Source of the DNA: an uncultured Acetatifactor sp.
Lineage (GTDB): Bacteria > Bacillota > Clostridia > Lachnospirales > Lachnospiraceae
Direction of reading: 5' to 3'
Assembly (NCBI GenBank): GCA_910589655.1
Contig: CAJUTJ010000192.1
Span: 1,051 to 65,050 of the forward strand
DNA: 64,000 nt
Every line of letters begins with the position of its first letter. Within the stretch, counting starts at the first letter, position 1. Under the pieces are notes generated by a model that saw only the letters and a list, made by a program, of their open reading frames with translations, ran no database searches and was not told where the DNA came from. Of this stretch, positions 57,380 through 64,000 are shown one piece after another. The translations under genes and the position numbers were made by a program.

Positions 57380-59236
57380 TCATAGGGCCGTGTATGGAGG
57401 CACAGGCTGCGTCTGATTTATTGTATTGGGGATATGAATAGACATGGTGGTGTATTGGCCTTCCACACTTTCTATGGTAATACCGTAGGCTTCGCCGAAT
57501 TCATACTGTAATCTCTTATGTACATTGCTGACACCGATTTCCCGGAAAAAATCCGTGCTGCTGTCATCGTTTGATAACAGAATCTGAGCCGCCTTTTCCG
57601 GGGGCATTCCCACACCGTCATCCGTCACATCAATGCGGATGGATTCCGGACTGTCCTCTGTAAGCTTTTCAGAGTAAATATGAATCCGGATATGCCCCGT
57701 TCCCTTGGGCTCTATACCGTGGAAAATAGCATTCTCCACCAACGGCTGCAAAGTGAATTTAATAATCCGGCAGGAGGAGAAAGCATCGTCTTCCAGCTGT
57801 ATGTCCATGGTGATGGTGCCTCCATATCGGTAGCTTTGAATGGTAAAATAATCTTGGAGCAAGGACAACTCTTCCTCAATGGAAACCAGAAGGCTGGTTC
57901 CTTTGGAAATGCTTTTCAACAGCTTCGCCAGCGCCGTAGTCATTTCCGAAATCCCTGTGGCTCCCTGAATGGAAGCCATCCACTTTATGGAATTTAGAGT
58001 ATTATAAATAAAATGGGGATTGATCTGGCTTTGAAGCATCTTGTACTCCAGATCTTTCTTCTGCTTTTCATCTTCCAGCCTTTTGTTCATCAGGAGGTAG
58101 ACATTTTCGGACAAATCATTAATGCCTTTTCCGATATCTCCCAGCTCATGATTCCATTCAATGGAAGAATCACGGTCAAAATCCCCTTCGGCAACGCGCA
58201 GCATTTTCGCTCTGATTTTAGAGACGGGAACATTGATCATACGGTTTAAGATCAGCATTAAAAAGATTCCGATGCCCACTATGCTGATTAATGTGCCGCC
58301 CAGTATAAGCCATAGCAGGAAGCGGTGGTTGCGCAGCTCCGATTGAGAGATGCTTTGGCTGATGTAGCAGTCCGGCATACTCAAAGGGGAAGTAACCACC
58401 AGACGAGTACCTTCACTGTCCGAAACTTCGTTTACATATATGCTGTCTATCAGCGCGGATGAGGACAAATCCTGAGTAATCTGATAGGATTCCGTCCATT
58501 TCAGCAGGGAGCCGTTTTCATAAATATAATTGTGGCCTCCAACGGACAGAAACATATAACTGTCTTCTGCAATCTTATATCGTTTTAAAGCATCTGTAAA
58601 TAAGTCGGAAGAAATTTGCAGAAAGAGAATACCGCCCCGGACGGAATTGTACTGGTAGGTAATGGGCCTGAGTATCGGCAGTATGTATTTCCCGTTACGG
58701 TAAAAAGAATCCTTTACAAATCCGGTGGTAAAGTCATAGTCGGAGGCATCCAATAGCCGGTCGAAATAAGGAAGCCGGGGAACTTCGGCCGACAAATCGG
58801 CTGTAGAGGAGTAAGCGGCGCTCACAATCTGCAAAAAGTGTTCGTCGGTAATTACGGCAAGCCGATTGATATAATTATTTGACGGATTATTGCTGTATTC
58901 CTCGAAAATGCGGTCATAGGTGGACACGGACAACACGGAGCCGGGGTTGGGATTTTCCTGTATATATGTGGCAATGTTGGCATTGGTCTGGCAGAATCTT
59001 ACGATCTGTGAAATGTCGTCTATGCTGCCGTTGATAGAATCCGTGAGCAGCTGGAGGCTTGTCTCCGTGGAATGAATCAGGCTGTTCTGCAGGTAATTCC
59101 GAAAGAGATAATAACTGACGGAACTGATAATGATACACATACCCAGCAGACAGGATGTGGTAATAAGCAGTATCCTTTTTTGAATACTGCCCATAGGCCG
59201 CCTGCTGTTTTTCTGAAAGCTGTATACTCGTCCCAT
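57380..59236 (-). CDS. YesM-like sensor histidine kinase
   Basis: Two TM, HAMP, LQSQINPHFIYNTLN, LQPLVENAIFHG, DDGVG. Confidence 0.92.
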   Translation of the reverse strand: MGRVYSFQKNSRRPMGSIQKRILLITTSCLLGMCIIISSVSYYLFRNYLQNSLIHSTETSLQLLTDSINGSIDDISQIVRFCQTNANIATYIQENPNPGSVLSVSTYDRIFEEYSNNPSNNYINRLAVITDEHFLQIVSAAYSSTADLSAEVPRLPYFDRLLDASDYDFTTGFVKDSFYRNGKYILPILRPITYQYNSVRGGILFLQISSDLFTDALKRYKIAEDSYMFLSVGGHNYIYENGSLLKWTESYQITQDLSSSALIDSIYVNEVSDSEGTRLVVTSPLSMPDCYISQSISQSELRNHRFLLWLILGGTLISIVGIGIFLMLILNRMINVPVSKIRAKMLRVAEGDFDRDSSIEWNHELGDIGKGINDLSENVYLLMNKRLEDEKQKKDLEYKMLQSQINPHFIYNTLNSIKWMASIQGATGISEMTTALAKLLKSISKGTSLLVSIEEELSLLQDYFTIQSYRYGGTITMDIQLEDDAFSSCRIIKFTLQPLVENAIFHGIEPKGTGHIRIHIYSEKLTEDSPESIRIDVTDDGVGMPPEKAAQILLSNDDSSTDFFREIGVSNVHKRLQYEFGEAYGITIESVEGQYTTMSIHIPNTINQTQPVPPYTAL

Positions 59237-59304
59237 TCTGATTACCCGCCTTTATAACGATTCTATTTTAGCATATTTTCAAGGGTTAGGAAAGGGGTGT
59301 CCGG

Positions 59305-59355
59305 GAGGCGTTTGCACGCGCTTTTTGCGTGACAAACCCGAGACAGCCGTGTGAA
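59305..59355. repeat. Family A internal fragment
   Basis: GAGGCGTTTGCACGCGCTTTTTGCGTGACAAACCC matches 2442-2477. Confidence 0.65.
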
Positions 59356-59607
59356 ATAGTATATCATAACTAAAAATTTTGCATAACTTGAAAGCTCTTA
59401 CATCATAAAATTAAAAAATGTGAATAAATAGTTTATGTATTTTTAATTTTTTCCATGTAAATATCACCGTCTCTTTTATATACTTGTATCACAATAAGTT
59501 ACAGTTCAACCCGCCGGTCGGCAGAGCTGCTGACAAGGCCGTTGGGGCGTAACTATTATTAATAGTAATCTGTCTATGGCAGGTACTGTAAGCAAGGAGG
59601 ATTTTGT

Positions 59608-60999
59608 ATGAAAAAGAAAGTATTTAGTGTTGTAATGGCAGCGGCTATGATGTCAACCATGCTGGCAGGCTGCGGCGGTGATAACGGTAATACAGCCAGT
59701 GCTCCGGCAAGCTCCAGTGCTCCGGCAAGTTCCAGCGCGGCTGCAAGTTCCAGCACTCCGGCAAGTTCTGCGGCATCTTCCCAGACTTCGCAGTCCACGG
59801 AGCCTGTAACCTTGAAATGGGCTATCTGGGATCAGGAGACCACACAATATTGGAACGATATTAAGGAAGCGTATGAGGCATCCCATGAAGGCGTAACCAT
59901 TGAGATGGTTGATCTGGGCTCTACCGATTATATGACCGTTCTGGCAACGGAGCTTTCCGGATCCGGTTCCGATTTTGATGTTGTTACCATTAAGGATGTT
60001 CCCGGATATGCGACTCTGGTTCAAAAGAATGCTATTCTTGCGCTGGATGATTATATCAAAAACGATGGCGTTGATCTCAGCCAGTATGCAGGTGCAACCG
60101 ATCAGGTATTGGTTGACGGGAAGCTGTATGAGCTGCCTTTCAGAAATGATTTCTGGGTAGTATTCTACAATAAGGATTTGTTCGACGCGAAGGGAGTTCC
60201 CTATCCTACCAACGACATGACTTTTGAGGAGTATGACGCTCTGGCAAGACAGATGACCGATACTACTTTCGGCTCTCAGATTTACGGAACGCATTATCAC
60301 ACATGGAGATCCGCAGTTCAGCTGTTCGGTGTATTGGACGGCCAGCACACCATTTTGGACGGTGAGTATTCCGCATTCCAGCCTTATTACGAGATGGTTC
60401 TGAATCAGGAAGCCGACGGTGTCTGCAGAAAGTATACGGATCTGAAGACAGAGGGTCTGCACTATTCCGCAGCATTTTCCGGCGGTGATGTGGCTATGCT
60501 GAATATGGGTTCTTGGTTTATTGCAACCATGATTTCCAATCTGCAGTCCGGCGAATATGATTCCAGTCTGTGCGGCAACTGGGGTATTGTAAAGTATCCT
60601 CATGCGGAAGGCGTAGAGGCAGGTTCCACGTTGGGTACCATTACCGGTCTGTCCGTAACCGCCGCTTCTGATACTCCCGATGCAGCTTGGGAGTTCGTAA
60701 AGTGGGTCAGCGGTGAGGAAGGTGCGGCAGTGATGGCTTCTTCCGGTAACTTCCCTGCAATTATGACAGATGAAGTGAAGAATATGATCGCAGGTCTGGA
60801 AGGATTCCCCGCCGATGCCGAGAGTAAGGAAGCTCTGAGCGTATCCAATCTGTATCTGGAAGTGCCTTACGGTGAGAAAGTATCCGAGATTAACTCCGTA
60901 TTGGATTCCTACCATGGTTCCATTATGACCGGAGAGATGACCATCGAAGAAGGCATTAACAAGATGAACGAAGAGGTTAAGAAGATTCAGGGTAACTAA
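59608..60999 (+). CDS. Sugar ABC transporter solute-binding lipoprotein
   Basis: Lipobox LAGC, Ser/Ala linker with 18-bp repeats, FYNKDLFD, AAWEFVKW. Confidence 0.92.
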   Translation: MKKKVFSVVMAAAMMSTMLAGCGGDNGNTASAPASSSAPASSSAAASSSTPASSAASSQTSQSTEPVTLKWAIWDQETTQYWNDIKEAYEASHEGVTIEMVDLGSTDYMTVLATELSGSGSDFDVVTIKDVPGYATLVQKNAILALDDYIKNDGVDLSQYAGATDQVLVDGKLYELPFRNDFWVVFYNKDLFDAKGVPYPTNDMTFEEYDALARQMTDTTFGSQIYGTHYHTWRSAVQLFGVLDGQHTILDGEYSAFQPYYEMVLNQEADGVCRKYTDLKTEGLHYSAAFSGGDVAMLNMGSWFIATMISNLQSGEYDSSLCGNWGIVKYPHAEGVEAGSTLGTITGLSVTAASDTPDAAWEFVKWVSGEEGAAVMASSGNFPAIMTDEVKNMIAGLEGFPADAESKEALSVSNLYLEVPYGEKVSEINSVLDSYHGSIMTGEMTIEEGINKMNEEVKKIQGN

Positions 61000-61084
61000 T
61001 GGAAATCGGATTTATAGAGTAACCGGCAGCCCTATGCCGCATGCGGCGGGGCACAAGTGAACGGCAACAGATATAAAGCAGTAC

Positions 61085-61117
61085 AGGGGGTCGTCTCAAA
61101 AGCGGCCCCTTTCTTTT
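61085..61117 (+). terminator. Hairpin or partial terminator after the binding-protein gene
   Basis: AGGGGGTCG..CGGCCCCT followed by TTCTTTT. Confidence 0.55.
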
Positions 61118-61291
61118 CAAAAAGCGAGAAAAACCGGAAGCTTTAAGAGAATGTGTCCTCTTTAGAACATCCCTTAAGATAGGTTACGGTTCCGCGGGTT
61201 TTATGGATTGTATGTCGGATTTGCCGACATGTTTGGAAGGTGTATCCGAAAGGGCAGGGGGGTACATATTTCAGGAAAGGAGGCAGTTTGT

Positions 61292-62356
61292 ATGCCAAAG
61301 TTAGACATAGCTCAAAAGGAAGAAAAAATCCGGGGTCTGCAGAGTGAATTGACGCAGCTCATTGCAGCGGTCAGGACGGAACAAGACGATAAGAAAAAAA
61401 GAAAAATGATTGCACAGATCGGTAATTATAACCGCCGGATTGACAAGATCAAGTCCGGCAGGGTTTTGAGCCGTGAGACAAAGAGGGATATAGTGGCATA
61501 TTCCTTTATCGCTCCCAATTTTATCGGATTTTGTGTATTTACCTTGATTCCCATTATATTTGCTTTCGCGTTGGCGTTTTTGAAATGGGACGGAAGCAAT
61601 CCTATAGAATGGGCGGGATTCGGAAATTTTACGAGATTGGCAGATGATACTTTTTTTACGGCGGCTTTAAAAAATACCATTATCTATTGTATCGGTACGG
61701 TGCCTCTCACCATGGTCGCGTCACTGGCTCTCGCTATAGTATTAAATCAGAAAGTAGTAGGAAGAGGCATATTCAGGACTCTTTCCTTTTTCCCGTATGT
61801 TGCGTCTCTGGTAGCGATTACCGCTGTGTGGAAGATGTTGTTCCACCCTTCCAAGGGACCCATCAACAATATATTATATAATGTTTTTAATGTAGCGCAG
61901 GAAAATCTGCCTCAGTGGTTCAGCGGCGGACTGGTTCTCTTTTCCATGATCCTGTTCAGCGTGTGGAAATACATGGGGTATTACATGGTTATATATCTAG
62001 CCGGACTTCAGGGCATTTCGGCGGAGCTGTATGAGGCGGCCAGCCTTGACGGTGCGGGTACATGGGAAAAATTCCGCTATGTGACATGGCCTCAGTTGTC
62101 CTCCACTACTTTTTTCGTGGTGGTCATGCTGACCATCAATTGCTTCAAGGTGTATGACATTGCTATTATGCTGGCCGGCGGCGGAAGCGGTGAGCTGACT
62201 ACCTCCGCAACGGTTCTGGTTTACTATATTTACCAGAAGGCATTTATTGATTGGGATTTGGGATACTCCAGCGCGGTGGCAATGGTTCTGTTCATTATGG
62301 TTCTGGCAGTTACGATTATCCAGTTCAGGGGACAGGCAAAGAGGGAAAGAGCTTAG
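61292..62356 (+). CDS. Carbohydrate ABC permease (MalF-like) with N-terminal extension
   Basis: ELYEAASLDGA EAA motif, about 6 TM; AAGGAGG RBS. Confidence 0.92.
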   Translation: MPKLDIAQKEEKIRGLQSELTQLIAAVRTEQDDKKKRKMIAQIGNYNRRIDKIKSGRVLSRETKRDIVAYSFIAPNFIGFCVFTLIPIIFAFALAFLKWDGSNPIEWAGFGNFTRLADDTFFTAALKNTIIYCIGTVPLTMVASLALAIVLNQKVVGRGIFRTLSFFPYVASLVAITAVWKMLFHPSKGPINNILYNVFNVAQENLPQWFSGGLVLFSMILFSVWKYMGYYMVIYLAGLQGISAELYEAASLDGAGTWEKFRYVTWPQLSSTTFFVVVMLTINCFKVYDIAIMLAGGGSGELTTSATVLVYYIYQKAFIDWDLGYSSAVAMVLFIMVLAVTIIQFRGQAKRERA

Positions 62357-62384
62357 GCGGCATGTCTGGAGGTATGATTGAAAA

Positions 62385-63176
62385 ATGGCAGTGTTAGCGT
62401 TAAAGGTAATTGATAAGGATGACAACACCATATGCGTCAGCAGCGGTGAGGACTTCGTGGATTTGGTGTGTATGCATGAATATCAGGAGGGGGATCGGAT
62501 TGTGCTGGAAACCTCCGACAAGAATATTTATGTCAATTGGCAGGTGGATGATGCCCTTGGTTCTGCGTTTGTGTACATAACGGACAATGTTTCCTATTAT
62601 GTTCCCTTCGGCGAGAAGCGGGTCAGTTATTCTCCAAAGGTATTTGCGGGCAGCAGGCATTATATTTATGCCGAGGCGGCCAGAGAGGATGAAATCAAGG
62701 CCTACCGAAATCTTGCCCTGAATCCTGCGGATCAGCATTGTGATGTGCCTTGTTTTCCACATGCCACCGCCAATGTGGAGACTAGAGGAGAGTCCGTCTT
62801 CGCGGCCAAGAACGCTATCGACGGTGTGAGGGCTAATCTGTCCCACGGGCAATGGCCTTATGAATCATGGGGAATCAACAAACAGGATGACGCGTCCATG
62901 CGGGTGGAATTCGGAAGAAAAGTCAGGACAGACAAGGTCGTGCTATATACCCGTTCCGATTTCCCTCATGATAACTGGTGGACACAGGTGACATTAGCTT
63001 TCTCCGACGGAAGCACACAGGATTTTACCATGGAGAAATCCGCCAAAGCCCATGTGTTTGCTTTTCCCGAAAAGGAGATTACATGGATAGAGCTCTGCAA
63101 CCTGATAAAAGCAGAGGATCCGTCACCTTTTCCGGCATTGAGCCAGATTGAGGTGTACGGGTACAATGTGGAATAA
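62385..63176 (+). CDS. Putative carbohydrate-binding (galactose-binding/discoidin-like) protein
   Basis: RNLALN, AKNAIDG..W, VEFG, LSQIEVYG pattern; no signal peptide. Confidence 0.55.
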   Translation: MAVLALKVIDKDDNTICVSSGEDFVDLVCMHEYQEGDRIVLETSDKNIYVNWQVDDALGSAFVYITDNVSYYVPFGEKRVSYSPKVFAGSRHYIYAEAAREDEIKAYRNLALNPADQHCDVPCFPHATANVETRGESVFAAKNAIDGVRANLSHGQWPYESWGINKQDDASMRVEFGRKVRTDKVVLYTRSDFPHDNWWTQVTLAFSDGSTQDFTMEKSAKAHVFAFPEKEITWIELCNLIKAEDPSPFPALSQIEVYGYNVE

Positions 63177-63280
63177 ATTGAATGGCTGTTTATTCGTAAG
63201 TCTCCGGAGCCGCGAGAAGGCTTCGCGGGCGGCGGATGGACGGTAACAGAAACGCGTGCGAAAGCGCAGGGGGTAAATAT

Positions 63281-64000
63281 ATGAAATCAGCACATAAAAA
63301 AGCCGTTGCAGGCAAAGTGATCGTGTATATTATTTTGATTTTAATTGCGCTCGTTATGGTTATTCCGTTTCTTTGGATGCTTTCCGCTTCTATAAAAAGT
63401 GACCGCGAAGTATTCCAGATGAATCCCTTTGTATGGATTCCGGAAAATCCTAAGTTCAGCAATTATGCGGATATTTGGACAAAGATTCCGTTTTTAAAAT
63501 TTGTGGAAAATACGGTTTTTCTGACATTAGTCGTAACATTTCTTCAGCTCTTAACCAGTAGTTTTGCGGCGTACTCCTTTGCAAAGCTGCACTTCCGTCA
63601 CAAGAACGGGCTGTTCCTTGCCTACATTGCAACTATTGCGATGCCTTGGCAGGTGTACATGGTGCCCCAGTTCATTATGATGAGAAGGATGGGGCTGAAC
63701 GACAAACTGCTTGCCATTATCTGTCTGCAGGCATTCTCGGCCTTCGGAGTGTTTATGATGAAGCAGTTTTACGAGGGTATTCCCGATGATTTGTGTGAGG
63801 CGGCCAGAATCGACGGCATGAGTGAATACAGAATCTACGCAAGTATTATGCTGCCTCTGTCAAAGCCTGCATTGTCCACGTTGACCATCTTTACTTTTGT
63901 GGCCACATGGAACGACTATCTGGGTCCCTTGATCTATCTGAAAACGCAGGAGAATAAGACGATCCAGTTGGGCTTGAAAATGTTTATCAGCCAATATTCT
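63281..64000 (+). CDS. Carbohydrate ABC permease (MalG-like), runs off the window
   Basis: MKSAHKK..IPFLWMLSAS..DLCEAARIDG..WNDYLGPLI; no stop before the window end. Confidence 0.92.
   Translation, partial: MKSAHKKAVAGKVIVYIILILIALVMVIPFLWMLSASIKSDREVFQMNPFVWIPENPKFSNYADIWTKIPFLKFVENTVFLTLVVTFLQLLTSSFAAYSFAKLHFRHKNGLFLAYIATIAMPWQVYMVPQFIMMRRMGLNDKLLAIICLQAFSAFGVFMMKQFYEGIPDDLCEAARIDGMSEYRIYASIMLPLSKPALSTLTIFTFVATWNDYLGPLIYLKTQENKTIQLGLKMFISQYS

Noticed and set aside
59653..60915. 420-aa antisense ORF and other long shadow ORFs in the track
   Set aside because: They lie opposite or out of frame with well-supported genes, lack RBS and motifs, and are explained by codon bias

Overview
Chromosomal segment of an anaerobic Firmicute, most likely Lachnospiraceae (inferred from gene content and intergenic repeat types). 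About 55 CDSs: signalling (two hybrid histidine kinases, MCP, ECF sigma/membrane protein/ABC module, YesMN-like pair, PilZ), carbohydrate metabolism (GH3, galK-galT, GPH symporter with a shrunken GH2-like ORF, heparinase II/III-like lyase, sugar ABC system), envelope proteins (LCP, CapA-like, VanW-like, GT-C-like, LysM), and a polyamine cluster (speD, speA-like, speE, CASDH, nspC, aguA, aguB) interrupted by accessory genes. I found no rRNA, tRNA, CRISPR array, prophage or autonomous IS. Most notable: (1) an Rpn-family nuclease with an apparent in-frame internal small-protein start plus an HTH gene and operator, wedged into the polyamine cluster; (2) a structured, terminator-containing speD leader resembling the ldcC orphan RNA motif; (3) an 86-nt element directly after a terminator with group II intron-like ends and domain V/VI-like hairpins; (4) three families of short intergenic repeats, one of which supplies the aguB RBS and start codon. 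All calls come from reading motifs by eye, and several starts were moved to the best RBS-supported codon.
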